From positions 21,266,001 through 21,330,000 of the forward strand of contig NW_024704747.1 of assembly GCF_018977255.1 (NCBI RefSeq): a stretch of 64,000 bases of DNA, written 5' to 3'. This DNA is from Callorhinchus milii. Its lineage: Eukaryota. The position numbers and the translations under genes were made by a program. This document shows, piece by piece, positions 12,950 through 26,530 of the stretch. Below the pieces are notes generated by a model, which worked only from the letters and a program-made list of their open reading frames with translations, did no database searches and was not told where the DNA came from. Each line of letters starts with the position of its first letter. Position 1 is the stretch's first letter.

Positions 12950-13118
12950 GAAACCCACCTGGGTCTAGATTTTCTTGAATTCATCCTTAACCTTAAAACC
13001 AGTCTGTAATAGAAACTTATGCCATCTCAATTAAGACTGAATTTTTTTTTAAAAATTCAAAATTCTGGACACTGTGATGCTAAGAAAATACAGTAAATCT
13101 CGACCCAGGTGGAATTTC
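12950..13118. mobile_element. MITE-like element with ~23-bp imperfect terminal inverted repeats
   Basis: gaaacccacctgggtctagattt (12950-12972) pairs with aaatctcgacccaggtggaatttc (13095-13118). Related ends lie at about 6620, 49365 and 52155-52180. Confidence 0.6.
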
Positions 13119-15439
13119 AACCTCTTGTGGTTACAATTCCCTCTCGGCGCTATGCAGATCGCTTTTGACAATGTCAGTCGCTAATTGGATTTCTCATTAA
13201 AGTTAAACATTACCAAAGACAGGCGCTGTTCATTACACTGAACGCAGTTTCCACCCCTCTGCCACACACACACGAGGGGCCCATCAAGTTATACGGTTAT
13301 GTGGAAGCACAATGTTCGTGCCTTTTTCAAAATCACATCTTAAAATAGGAGTTGCTCTGAATTGTCCATTGTTTATCACACGGAACAGGGGAAATTACTC
13401 TGATGGAAGGTAATGAAAAACAAGCAGGCTTGTCGGGAGCTGATCAGAGCCTCCAGAGGTTAATGAGAAAGATTAAGCAAACGGCAGATCTGTGGTGAAG
13501 GTAGGCTTGTGTGTACCATGCACACAGAGGATGATCTGTCACAAAGGTCCATGTGTCGACGTCACTTTGCCAAATGAGAAGGTTATGCAGAGTTTATTCT
13601 CCTGATTCATTCTCACTCCCATCAGTAACGCGTCAACAGTGACAGCAACAGCCTGACAGATAATTTACGTTTCAAAATCACATTGTGGTCTAATGTATGG
13701 TGATCAAGCAGTAAACCCACCGGTGTATAAATATAGGTGTCTGTACTAAATACAGACAACTATTATATATTGCAATATGTGTACATTGATACACACCACC
13801 ACAGTATAAATACAAGTGTGTAAACTGATACCCGCTCCCAGTATAAATACAGGCCTTGACGCATGCCTTTGGGTACGGTTATTGCACTAATTCCAGTCAA
13901 CATCGCAATGTAGGTGCTGGCTCATAGAAGTTGGCAGTGATCTTGGGTTGCATTAGAGTCATTTTTCCCAGACTCATTTCATTTGGAATATTAAAAAAGA
14001 TAGTTCAAACATAGTCTGGAGTTTAAAATCGGGACCTCTCCCCTCCCAACCGGCCATTGTGCTTCTATTCCAGTACCTAGGTGAGTTGCTGTGAATTGGT
14101 GCTCGAGGCACAGAAAAGGATATAGTGGCAAATGATCAGAAAGAGAAGTCTCACTCCACATGATGTGGGTGCATTGCTTCCTTCTCTTTCTGATCACACC
14201 CCTGCCACAAGCACTGAGCCCTTTATTATCCAGTGTGAACGCGTGACCATTTTGTGTGTTTAAATTTCAGTCTCCTGCTGGATTGGGTGCAAGCATCTGC
14301 AAGTAGTATTGCCTGATGTCTGGCTGTACAGAATTGAATCATTGCACTGACAGATTCAGAAATGTGTGCGCTACATATGTAAAACCACTGAAAAATACAG
14401 GAGACTGTAACATCAGAAGTGACAGGGGGCATATCAGGTGCAGACAAGTGGAAAATAATAGCTGAGGTGCACACAAATGAGTGATGGCTTTGGGGAAAGT
14501 GTTCTGGATGGGAGATTAGTGCATGTGTAACTAATATTGCGTCAAAACTCAGCCCCAGTCAAAATTGCTCATCGTGAAGTCGAGTCATTAAAAATGGGAG
14601 GACTGGAAATAGGAAAGCTTCAATCAGAAACCTGAAAAATATTAAATTCTAAATGCCATAACTGTCCCACCATTATCTTGGGCTTTCCTACTCTTCAATT
14701 CAGCATGTGAAATGTGTCCGCCCACCGAATATTTGTGGGCAAAACGTGGCAGCCAATTGCGCACAGCAGTGTCCCACAAACAGTCATGGATTGAAAATGA
14801 CCAAGTTATTATTGTTTCGTTTTAGAGGGATTATCATTAGGCATCCGAAGACCTTCCTCTTTGACCGTGCCTATGGTCAGCTCACCCCACCCCTGGTTCA
14901 GCATCAGGTTCTACCACTGTTAAGTGCTCAAAGTCGCTACCCTACTTGAAGGGCGCTATATAAATGCAAGTTATTGTTGTTGAAGACAGCAGCCAATTTA
15001 TGCATAGCAATGTCCCACAAACAGCCATGACTACTTAGGCGATTCTGGACTTGACTGGTTCTCCTGGTTATGTTCTAATAGAGAAACAATCTGAATCTAC
15101 TGAACAAAGTACAGAAGAAACAATGATTATCTGTGAGAGACGCACAGCCAGGGACTGGAGATATCTGCGTGGGAGAGAATACATCCAATTAAATGGTGGC
15201 GTCTGCAAGGCAAGGCACTCTGTGCTGAGATCAAAAGGGTGTACACAATAATGATCGGCTTAAAGTGTGTATGTGGGATTCTGAGACCTGGTCAAACAGG
15301 TCAGGAGATCTAGCTAATGAATCACAGCCCAAAATCCAGTGCAACACTCAAACAAAGCCTTAATACCATTGTATATTTAAGGACTTGGTAAAGGCTATTA
15401 AGGAAACAATTGTGCAAAGGTTAGCAGCTGAGAATCTAG

Positions 15440-15850
15440 TTTGTGGCTCAATTGGTAGTACTCTTGTCTCTGAGTCAGAAGGTTGTGGGATGGGGGTTCA
15501 AGCCCCATATCATATCGTCTAAAATGACATTTGAATGAACTGATGGGGGAAGAGCTGCATTGTTGGAGATGCTGTCCTTCATATGGGACATCAAGCCGAA
15601 GCCCTGTCTGCCAGTTCAGGTGGATGTCAAAGGTTGCATAGCAATTCTTTCAAAAACAGATGGGAGTTTCTGTCTCCCAGTGTCTTGGCCAATAATCCCC
15701 TGAATAAAATTGGTCACTCTGTTTGTGGGACAATGCTGTGCCCAACTGGCTGCCGCCTTTCAACCACCAAATACGCAGTATATCCTGTGAAGCGCTTTAA
15801 GACATGTCGACAATGTTACAAGACACTATATCAAATGCAAGGATGGTGAT
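15440..15850 (+). mobile_element. Deu-domain-type SINE, diverged
   Basis: tRNA-like head gtggctcaattggtagtactcttgtctctgagtcagaaggttg..ggttcaagccc, Deu-like core gttcaggtggatgtcaaag, shared L2-type 3' end. Confidence 0.75.
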
Positions 15851-18800
15851 GATTCTTATTATATAAGTGGAAGCTGTTGTTGATGCCAATTGAAGGCATT
15901 GGAGAGAATATTGCAGTAGTATTGCAACAGCCTAACCCCAGAAAGAACTTGGGCTCACAAGAGCCCTTGCAAGGTTTCAATGGAGTTAGAGGAATTGATA
16001 ATGTATGAGGTTAGACATTTAAAATCCAACAAGGCTGTTGGTGTTGATGGAAGTGATGCAGAGTTGTTGTACTCCCAGGGTGAAGTAATTCTTGAACTGC
16101 AAAGGATTTGAGACTGGGATTACTTTCCAGGAATCTGGATGAAATCAGCCTTGGTTCCATCCCGAAGAAAAGTAACATTGAAACTTAAGAATTACAACAT
16201 CAATCCCCTGATTCTCTGAGACAAGCCCATTTTGACTGGGAATAATTTCAGAGAAACTGAAAGAAATTGCTAAATAGTTCTTGACAGCAAATCCTACAGA
16301 AGCCAAAATTTAGCCTTACAGCAGTCTAAAGAATGGAAATCCAGGTCAGGAATTAGTAATTTAGCATCAGAGAGGGATTAACACTTTCAAACCTACTGAT
16401 AACTGCAGCACGATGAGAAGCAGAAGAATGTAAGTCAAAACAGCAGCAAACTTCCCTCTGTCCCTCGTGAAGTGTTTGGCCTTTGCTTAACTTTTTCTGA
16501 TGGCAAGGCTAAGATGATGAACTCACTGACTGAGCATCAATCCTCATTCCACCTCTTTGCATGTATTTTGCCTCATAGTGCAACTAGAATTGCATTCACT
16601 CTGTCCAAACAAGTTGTTTTCTTGGTTTGGTTAGTCGGGTATCTGATATGTACTGAATCCCCATCACCATGTTTAAGGGGATCCAAACCAAACCAAACTA
16701 GTGTGAGCTCCATATATGCATGGAAATTTCTGCTTGTCTGGAATGGAGTCCACACTCTTTCCCCAGAAAAATATATCCTGCTTGAGTAGTAGCCACAGGT
16801 TGGCAAAAGATAGGCTGTTGGTTCCCCAACGAGTGCATTAGGCGTACTGCTGGAGTTTAACCAACAACAAGATTACATTTGTATAGCGCCTTTCACATCG
16901 GGAGGACTTCCCAAGGCACTGAAACCAGGTAAAACTGTGCAGCCTGCTACCATCAGAATTGGAGCAGAGTGCAATGGCAAAAGCCATTCTCTCAACAAAT
17001 GATCATTTGAACCGAAATTCAGCTTGATGTTACGTGCAGCACCTTTGGCAATGCATAATTATAATAGGGAAATTAGCAGTTCGATTAGCATAGAAATCCA
17101 AAGCATAAAATAACATTTAGCCCATCATGTCAATTTCCAGTTTCCCAATGCAGCTGTATGTAATGCCAATTGGAATTTCAGCCCAATTAGAAGAATAATA
17201 TCAGATGAGGTTTCTCCTGATAAGAGGCCATGTTGTTCTAAACATCAGATAACTAGCCAAAAATTGCAACAAAACAGGACAACACAAGCTCTTGAAAAAA
17301 AAAGCAACTCTTATCTAGCAATGTGAAGCAACGTACAGTACAAAAAACTGCACTATTAGGTCATTCAACCCTTGTGAAATATCTGTGAAATAAGACAAAC
17401 CTTGTGCAATACAGTTTAGTTTTTCATCTACATTCCAATGCAAGCCAAGAGAACACAAAATGCCCTCTTTAATAGTCTTAACATACATCTGTTGCCAAAA
17501 GGAACACTGCATTTAGGCAACCCATCTGGCACAGGTACAAGCCTTAAAGGTCTGGGAAATGGTTTGAACATTTTTACTTCTGGATAAACTTCACACAGAC
17601 TAGAGTTCATTCCTGTAAGGAAATGACCAGGTTGCTACTTTCAGACATCAACGTTGATCAAAGGTGGGAATACAATTTCCTAACGTATGATCTATTTCCT
17701 AATTCTCAATGTAAGCGCTCCCTGTCCCATGTGAAAGGCTCTATATAAATGCGAGTTGTTGCTTTCCATTGTGTACGCTCTAGGGTTCAGTCCCTTATGG
17801 GTTATTTTATATTTCTCAAACTTCACCCAATTCATAATGAAAGAACCAATAGCGTAGTAGACATCAAGACAATTTATAAACATGAGATAAGCTTGCTTTA
17901 ACTCTGCGTCTCAGCAACAGATTCTCATCGCCTACAAAGTTCATGGACGTTACACTTTACAGTAACTCCTGTTGAGTACTTTTAGATGTCTCACTGATGT
18001 GATAAGGCTCTGCATCAAATTCAAGGTTGATTATATCATGCGCTCAGCTGTACAATGTTCTGGTCAGGCCGCACCTGGAAGCCTGTGTGTAGTTGGTCAC
18101 CCCAACAAGACATGGTGCCCAAGACCCTGGTTTTAAGGAGAGCAATGAGGCAGATTCTCAATATTAAGAGAAAGGACCAGAAAACTGCGACTCCTAAAAC
18201 GAGATGATTCAGAAGTTATTTTGCAGTTATAACTTCTAGAGGTTATTTTAGCATGTATCTGACACAAGTGGAAATCACTCTCCATAGCTAAGAATATCAA
18301 AACCAGACTATGAGAGTTCCACCTACACATGGAAAATTCCCTGTGCTGGAATGGAATGTATATCCTCTCACTGAAGGGACGCACCCTGCTTTCTTAATTC
18401 CGGAAAGTATTAGAGCACGGGTTGGTGAGAGGCAAGGCTTGGGGTCAGAGTGAAGTTTAACCAGCTAAAGCTGCATTGCTTGGCATTGGGGACACTGTCT
18501 ATCAAGCTTCCCACTGCTTTTCCAACTAGGACCACATTATCTATCAGGGCTTTGGCATGTAGGATTAACAAGAGCCAAGTGCCAATGATTGGTTTGTCAA
18601 GGGGCCAGGCTGGCTGGTGGAGTACTGCAGACCTCTCTGGTTAAAGAACTACTGCAGAAATCAGTTCTACCCACACTTCTGTAACTCACTGGACTAAGGC
18701 TCAACTCAGAGCTCAAGCAGCATGACCCACATCTGACACAAACACAACAGAACCCAACAGGCAAATAGAAGTATTTTGTCCATGACTTAAGGATTATTGA

Positions 18801-19539
18801 AGAATTTGATCACACTCTAGTCATTCCTAGAATCACAATTAGTGGGCTAGGCAAGCTTCAGCACTGTGTTGGGGTGGGAGTCTCTCTGTATGAACCAGTA
18901 GGGTTCATGAAGTCAATGCACTATATGAGCTGTGCTGGAAAATGGACTATTTATCTTACTGGCTAACTTTGCGGACAACTTCTTCATGACTGCTGGCTGT
19001 GCTTGTGAAAAATGTCTCCATATGAATATAATGAGATAATGTCCTGTTTCAAAAATTGTGCTGCCCACACTTTTATTTTACTGCAGAATTACAAAACCTT
19101 CTGGCTGAAATTACTGGCAATGTCTTGTAGCTAGTTTAGAAAGTTTCTCCATGTCTGGTCTTAGTCCTCTGTATGTTGTCATCTTAATTAAGTCTGTACG
19201 TAGAGAACAGTGTCTTAGTTTGGCTCAGCTGTTATACTCTCACCCCAAGGTCAGAAAGTTTGAGTCCAACACCAACACTTGAGCTATTAGTCTAGTATTG
19301 AGGGATCGCTACACTCCTTGCCTTTGTTCAGTTGAGATGTTAAAATTAAAGTCCTATCTACCCATTCTGCCTTCTGCCAAAGAACAATGAACACTGTTGT
19401 GTCCTGTTCAGTATTTAAATAAATAAAAATCATTGCATTTGATCTAGAGCTTTATGACGTTGCCCATATCTCAAAGCACTGTGTAGGATTTACTCTTGAC
19501 TATATTTGTATTTAAGCACTCCCAAGATGCTGTGCAACT

Positions 19540-19900
19540 TGAAGGGCGCTATATAAATGCAAGTTATTGTTGTAGGGAAATGCCACAGCTAATTTGTGCA
19601 CAGCAATGTCCCACAAACAGTCATGAAGTCCATAACCAATTTTTATCTGGGGGAATGTCAGCCAGAATACCTGGAGAAACTCTTCTCTTTTCAAGTAGTG
19701 CCACAGGATCTTTAACTTTCCCTGAACAGGTAGATGGGATCTTGGTTTAACGTCCCTTAAGGAAAGCACCTCCAACAATGCAACACTCCACCATCGGTGC
19801 ATTGGAGTGTTAGCTTAGATAGATGATATTGATGTGGGGCTTGAATCTCATCCCACAACCTTCTGACTCGGAGGCGAGAGCGCAAACAACTGAGCTAAAC
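19540..19900 (-). mobile_element. Deu-domain-type SINE, diverged
   Basis: Reverse complement of the same head (acaaccttctgactcggagg) and core (ggatctttaac...ctgaacagg). Confidence 0.75.
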
Positions 19901-20339
19901 TTGATTCTCAGCTGCTAACTTTTGCACAAATTTTCCCTTAACAGCCTTTACCATCCTCTTAAATATTTAATGGTCTTGTGGTTTTGTTCGAGTTTGCACT
20001 GGATTTTCAGCTGTGTTAGTGATTCATCCGCTAGATTTCCTGTCTGTTTGACCAGCGTTATATTTTCACTGACCTCAATGACCAGAGCTATTCAAAGCCT
20101 ACATTGTTAATGCAAAGTGGAATTTCATGCACAACATCTGCAACATCTGTAAACTGCTTAATAAAGTGGAAAGAAAAATGCCTCCAGTTTTCAAGATACA
20201 TCTGCCAGAATCATACTTTCACTGTTACCACATCTCTGCCTTCCCCGGTGAGTTATTGCATCCTTCACTGCCCCTGTGTACTGTGCCACACTATTTTACT
20301 GGGTTTGAAAAGAAAGAAGGCAGTGAGGCAATTTGATGA

Positions 20340-20575
20340 GGTAAGATAATGGATGATTGTCCTACTTGCTAAAGGGATCCATTGCAAGGGGGTCATAGCC
20401 TTAAAATCAGATCCAAGACTGTTGGAATTGAGTTCAGGAGGCATTTCTTCATACAGAGGGTTGTGACGATGTAAAACTATCTGCCCGAAAAATCTGTAGA
20501 GATGGAATCAATAGGATGCTTAAAAGAGAGATGGACAGAGATTTGGGTCGTATGAATTTAAAAGGTATGGCAAAC
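20340..20575 (+). mobile_element. CR1 3' fragment, diverged
   Basis: aggggtcatagccttaaaatcaga...aggcatttcttcatacagagggttgtg motif. Confidence 0.7.
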
Positions 20576-21002
20576 GATCAGGGCAATAACTTGCATTTAG
20601 ATGGTGCCTTTCATGTAGAATAATGTCTTGAAATACTGAACAATGGAGGGGTTGGATTCTGAGCAATGGAGAAGGGGGAGAGGAAGGTGACCATAGGTGT
20701 GGACAAAGAGTTAGGTATTCAAGTGGGATTAAAGATAGATAAAGAGAGAAGGCAATAAATTGGCTCACAGGCAAAAATATCTTCTGTTCCTTTTGCCCTA
20801 TGCTCCTATGAGTGTCTGTGTTACTGACCAAACTCTGTAAATCTTGACCATGTCTTTATGATCTATGTATTCCCTTCACAAAGGAAGGTATATATTTGAC
20901 GGTGGTTTTGTTTTGTTGAAGCTGTCCCTTTGAGAAATGGCCATCTCAGAGAAAGTCCTTTTAAATGCATTTTAAATGAATCTGCTTCAATCACCATTTT
21001 GG

Positions 21003-21240
21003 ACAACAACAACAACAAAATTACATTTGTATAGCGCCTTTCACGTTGGGTGGACATCCCAAGGTGCTGGACAGTCAGAGTTTTGGACCCGAGTTGGGGG
21101 TCAGGATTGGGAGGGCAGGGGGGGAAGCAGGGTGATCGAAAGCATGGTCAAAGAGGATGGTCTTGAAGGAGGCAAGGGAGGAGGAAAGGCCGGAGGGACT
21201 GTGGGATGGAGTTTCAGAAGGTAGGAGCAGAGTGGAAGGA
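21003..21240 (-). mobile_element. L2 3' end fragment
   Basis: (AAC)n + catttgtatagcgcctttca tail; ASFKTILFDHAF-like translation. Confidence 0.8.
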
Positions 21241-21244
21241 AGCC

Positions 21245-21420
21245 CTCCACCAATGGTTTCTACCCTCTGGGTGAAATAGTTCCTCCTAAATTCTCTTTCA
21301 GATCCCCTAGTGTCTATTTTATATTTGTGTCCCCTGATTACAGACTCCCTATCAAGTGGGAACAACCTATTGGCATTTGGATACACCATTGAAAAGGCAA
21401 TCATCACGCTGAACCTTGCC
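21245..21420 (-). mobile_element. CR1 3' fragment
   Basis: RLFPL...RGHKYKI...RRNYFTQRV translation. Confidence 0.8.
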
Positions 21421-21944
21421 TTTGGCAGTGGTGCAGATGACATACGTTTCAGAGTAGCTTTTAACCTTCTCCATATGTGGGAGAAGCCGCAGTGTCTGCT
21501 CAGTGAGGCTGTCAGGCAGTTTTGCCCGCTGTGCAAATCAAGAGTTGCAACACAGCCCCTGGGAGATGAAGAGCAATGGTTTCCAATTGTGACTGTCACT
21601 TGTTAGGAATTTGATTTGTAATCTGAATGGTTTCTAGTCCTGCGTTCACTGCAGCATGATTCTCTGACACCAGGTTACTTCAAATGAAATGTAAGACTTG
21701 CCAGATCCCCTGTTCTCAAAAGACCTGCTCGTCTTCAGTGCTCGCTGTTCACTGATGAGCACATCTGTTTTCTAAGCCTCAGAATGACCTGGTAAACCAG
21801 TACTGAGCTCACAACAGCTTGCAACAAATAACTTATTGTCTGTTAACTTTAGCCTGGTGGGTGGTGGTGATGGGGATGGGGGGGTGTCACCATAAAGGCT
21901 ATGTGACCTTTTGGTGCTCTATATGGGACTGTCCAAAACAATCC

Positions 21945-22375
21945 AGATTGGACCTCATTGAGGTGTATAAAATTTTAAATGGAATTCAAAAGTAAACCCA
22001 GATGAATACTTTGCACCACTACACAATGCAACAAAACAGTGGAACAAGAGGACATAGGTTTAGAGTTGCTACGTGCAATTTCAGGGCAGACACCAGGAAG
22101 TTTTTTTTTACTCAAAAGGTAATTAACAACTGAAACAGGTTGTCAGGGGGTGGGGGGGTAGGGGGGTTGAGGCTGGGAAACTGGACTCATTTACAAAACA
22201 ACTTGACTTTGTGATGGGATACAACATCGAAACAGACCATTCGGCCCATCCAGTCCGCGCCAGTGTTTACACTCCACATGAACTTCTTGGTCCCCTCTCT
22301 TTTCCCCATCTATTCCCTCACCCCTTACTTATGTATCAAGTCTTCTCTTAAATTCATTGATGTACATTTGGCTTA
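21945..22375. mobile_element. CR1 fragments (both orientations)
   Basis: gacctcattgaggtgtataaaatttt...acaagaggacatagg (+), then ccattcggcccatc CR1 tail (-). Confidence 0.65.
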
Positions 22376-23151
22376 AATGTGAGGGCAAAAACAGGCTCAT
22401 GGGCTAAGACTAGGTAGAATTTCAAGCCACTGAGATGCACTTGGTAAAGTTTGGCCAAAGGAGACTGGAACATGAAGCTCTGCACCCCCTCTCAGATATT
22501 TCAAGGTCACCTTTGGAGCTACCGCGCTCAACAGGCTCTACATTGCAGTCAGTCCCAAAGTCTGTTACGATAGTCTAGAGTTTGGGAGTGGCATTGCCTC
22601 CTGTTAAAGGCAAAAGGAATTGCAGCATTGCTTCTGCCCACAAATACAGTCACTCCACTTCACAGTAAATCCTGTAAAGCACATTGGGACATCCTCCCGA
22701 CGTGAAAGGAGTTATACAAAATGCAAGGGCTATTATTATTATTATTATTAAAACCTCCAGTCTGTGAAGTTAGCACAGGTGAAAATGCTCAAGTCCCATT
22801 GTCATTGTCTCGTCCCATTTCGCTGCCTGAAAGACTTTCAGAGAGAATCACATTTTTCCGCTTTGGTCCAAACAGGAAAAAAAAATCCAAAAAGCATGTT
22901 AGAACTATGTCAAACAGTTTCTGAAATGAGATCAGCATCCTGGCTTGGACTGCCTTCCTGGTAACCCATTCCAGCTGTTGACTGCACCCTGTGCAACTTT
23001 TCATGGGTGGGAGGGGGGGAAGTGGGAGAGAATATCTTTCTTCCCTCTGTTTTCCTCTCCGCAACAATGCACATAGAAGAATTACCAGTAACAGCTGGAA
23101 ATGAATTCTGTCTGTAAAGATCACATGATGTAACATGACAACGGCGATGAA

Positions 23152-23467
23152 ATAATAATAATAATAATCCTGGCATTTGATATAGCGCTTTTCACGTCTT
23201 CTAGATGTGTCAAAGCGCTTCACAGAATATACTGTAAAGTGAACTGACTGTATATTTGTGGGCGAAACGCAGCAGCCAATTGCGCACAGCAGGGTCCCGC
23301 AAACAGTCGTAGATTGAAGTGACTAATTTTTATTGTTTTTTTTCTTGAGGGATTATTATTAGGCTTGTGGAGTAAGGAAACTTGCCCAACATTTCACCCT
23401 GCTGGGAATCGAACCCAGGTCTCTCGCTTGCAATGCCAGTGCTCTAACCACTGAACTACAGGACTCC
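23152..23467 (-). mobile_element. tRNA-derived SINE, full length, short subtype
   Basis: Same consensus, with head, body and tail present. Confidence 0.92.
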
Positions 23468-24184
23468 TCATGACATGTTAATGAAATGGGACAAGTTGAC
23501 AAGATGAACAGGCCAGCCTCTTGCAAATGTAAATGCATTTCCCCTGTTGGATGGGAAATAAATGAACAATACTGGGATATAATCCAGTGACTATTCTGAA
23601 GGAGATCACCTGGGCAAGATGGATGCAGACAGTCCACACAGCACAGTTTTAGTGCCTTTACCAAGTTACACTGAGTAAATATATGGGCGAACTGGGGACT
23701 CATTAGCAGCACTTAGACGAAAGGTCCCGCCGTTTACATTTGAAACCACAGTCTGCAGCATTCCTTCAAGAGCTGACATACATCATATGGAGAATTATTA
23801 CAGATTTAGAGTGCTATAAATCAGGCGGGGAAATAAACTACAAGAGCAAAGCTGGAATGGTTTAAAAGTTATCCGAACCTGGAGATTTTGTTACAGGCTA
23901 GTTACCAGTCATTTCCCGTTGCTTAAAATATACACAGCTTGTTTTCTATTAAAACATTCAAGACTTGTTCTGTGAACAGTGACAGTTTTGCATTGTGAAA
24001 AGGGGTGATAATGAAGCATCCTTCTGATGTAAGTAGCTGGTGTCAGCAAAAGATTACATGGTTGTCATAATATCAGCTGACAGGAAGAGATCAGTTTACT
24101 AATCGTCCATTTATCCTGCAGAGGGTTAAAGTAATGTGTCTAGTCTTGGAGTTAACACTACAATAATGTGTCTATTCCTGAAGT

Positions 24185-24510
24185 TAATAATAATACTAGT
24201 ATTCCTCGCATTTGACATAGCACCTTATCACGTCTTTGAGACGTCTCAAAGCACTTCACAGAATATACTGTAAAGTGGATTGAATGTATATTTTGTGGGT
24301 GAAACCCGGCAGCCAATTGAACACAGCAGTGTCCCACAAACAGTCTTGGATTGAGTGACCAAATTATTATTATTATTGAAGGGATTATTACCCCAGAAAA
24401 GCGATCCGCCAATCACCAAACACCTACTTACTTGCTAGGTAAACAGAGGCATGTGGAGTAAGGAAATTTGCCCAACGTTTTGCCCTGCCAAGGAATCAAA
24501 CCCAGGTCCT
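24185..24510 (-). mobile_element. tRNA-derived SINE, long subtype, 5'-truncated
   Basis: Contains the extra ctctgtttacctagcaagtaagtagg block and the shared 3' body. Confidence 0.85.
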
Positions 24511-25229
24511 CTCTCTTGCTTTTCTGTTAACACTACAGTGATGCACCTATTCCTGGAATTACCACTCGTCTGAGGGATAATAATACCCCATAATACACTG
24601 CTCACTAACGTTAGTGCATGTTTCATCCCATGTGAGCCAGCAGCAGGTGTTAGACGCCAGGAAAGATGTACAAACGTTTGTTAAAGAAGAGTGGAGGGTG
24701 CTGCGGAAGTTATCTCACAAGCTGGGCGGTGAGCGGGAGAGTCACACGGGGCACATAAAATACAATACTGAAAGTACGTGGGAGAACTCCAGTCTCCCAC
24801 GTACATTCGGTCTAGTATGTGGGCAACTCAAGTTCTGCCCAGAATGTTGTATGGGAGGCATTCATGTGGACAGCGGAAACTACATTGATCTCCTAAAGAC
24901 TGGCCGAAGAACATCGCCATCTGAAAAGTAAAGCTTCACCATTTGGGTCAGCAGTGTCTAGAGGCAGTGACCTACAGCAACGCCAGGCTAAGAGAGCTCA
25001 GAAATCAAAGGAATCAAGTTACAGCAGGCTGTGTATTAGGGAACAAAAAGACATTCCTGAAGTGAGTGATAAGAAACTGGTGAACCAACGCAAACGATTT
25101 AAACAGTAAAAGATTCAATAACTTTGTGAAACACAGAGTTCGTGCAGATTCTCCAGACTGACCTAGATAAACCAGGCCCTCGGGCTGTGGTCACATACTT
25201 GCTTTATCAGTATATCTGCCGTACACCCA

Positions 25230-25635
25230 TATACATAGCCATATATATATACACGTACATACACATATACACACTACCCGTATATATATATAAACACCAA
25301 TACAAATGCTGTTCATAAAAGCATCCATGTATGCATAACCAGACACCTATACTATACTGCACATATACATACCTCTATATGCATATATAATAATAACAAT
25401 GGCACCTTATTACGTCTTCAAGTCGTCTCAACGTGTTTCACGGGATATACTGTAAAGTGAATAGACTGTATATTTTGTGGGAAAAACGCGGCAGCCAATT
25501 GCGCACAGCATTGTCCATCAAACAGTCGTGGATATATACTCCCATGTGTATATATAGATATACTATATATATATTTTGTATAAATGATACCATAAACCCT
25601 CAGGGATACACACATGCACACACATACACACACGA
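25230..25635. repeat. (TA/CA)-rich low-complexity sequence around a SINE fragment
   Basis: Runs of atatat, acacat and tatata. Confidence 0.7.
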
Positions 25636-26159
25636 GAATCAATCTGCCATTAAAGATATGGGAGCAATCTTTCCGTCTGTCTGTCTGTCTGTCCATGTAT
25701 CTATGTGTCTCTTTCCCTCTCGATCTCCTGATGCTGGCTGCTCAGAACAACCAAGTGTAGGTGTATATTGTGTGCGAGATGAAGTGGGGAGGGCTTCTCA
25801 CAGTGACTTGGGTCTCTGGGCTTTTCTGCACTAGAGCTTGAGAGCTTGAGGTACAAAGTTAGTGTGAAGCTACTGACTTGCACAGTAATGGGCAGAGTCA
25901 TGAAAATGAATTGCCTACAAGATCGTGGGCTGCTGGTGTCAATCAACATGTACTTTATCGAGAGAAAATTGGACCAGAAATAAATCCACTCTTAAAAAGT
26001 AGCCTTAAAATGTCAAAAGAAAGTTGATATATAAAACAGAGATATCTATTTCTCTCCCGAAGTCAGGCCTGTAATAGCAGGGGCAGTAGAGGCATTCCCT
26101 CACTCTGTGAACAGGCGGTTGTAATGAGACACTTGCACACTCCTACAGCTACAGCAAAT

Positions 26160-26530
26160 TGCACTGCGGAGAGAAGAAGCGTGCGAGCTGAGCGGCCAGC
26201 CTCTCTGCTCCACTGATCAAATCCATAATGTATATTCATTAGCAGCTGCGCTCACCCTCTCCCACTCCCTCCCCCCACCTCTCTCTCTCTCTCTCTCTCT
26301 CCTGCTCTTTACATTCTCACGAGGCTTCCTGACATTGTGTGTACGCGTAACTCGACACCGGGCTGTTGTTTTTAAACCGGTCATTTCCAAGACAGTGAGT
26401 CGGTCGGAGTCCGCGTCACGTGGAGCACGTCTACACCTGATGGCTACACAGACTGCTGCTTCCTGCGGGCTGTCTGTGAGCTGCCTCACTGCCTCCGGCC
26501 AAAGGTCCCCAGATAGCCGTCTATTACCAC
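26160..26530. promoter_or_regulatory. CpG-enriched promoter- or enhancer-like region
   Basis: Dense CpGs, (CT)n 26281-26300, GTCACGTG E-box 26415-26422, CTTCCTG ETS-like sites. Not similar to any repeat in this window. Confidence 0.5.

Noticed and set aside
23670-23740. TAGCAGCAC (miR-15/16 5' end) and hammerhead-like words
   Set aside because: No pre-miRNA hairpin around the seed. The hammerhead core motifs lie on opposite strands.
24614-24931. 105-aa plus ORF
   Set aside because: No recognisable homology or flanking splice sites.
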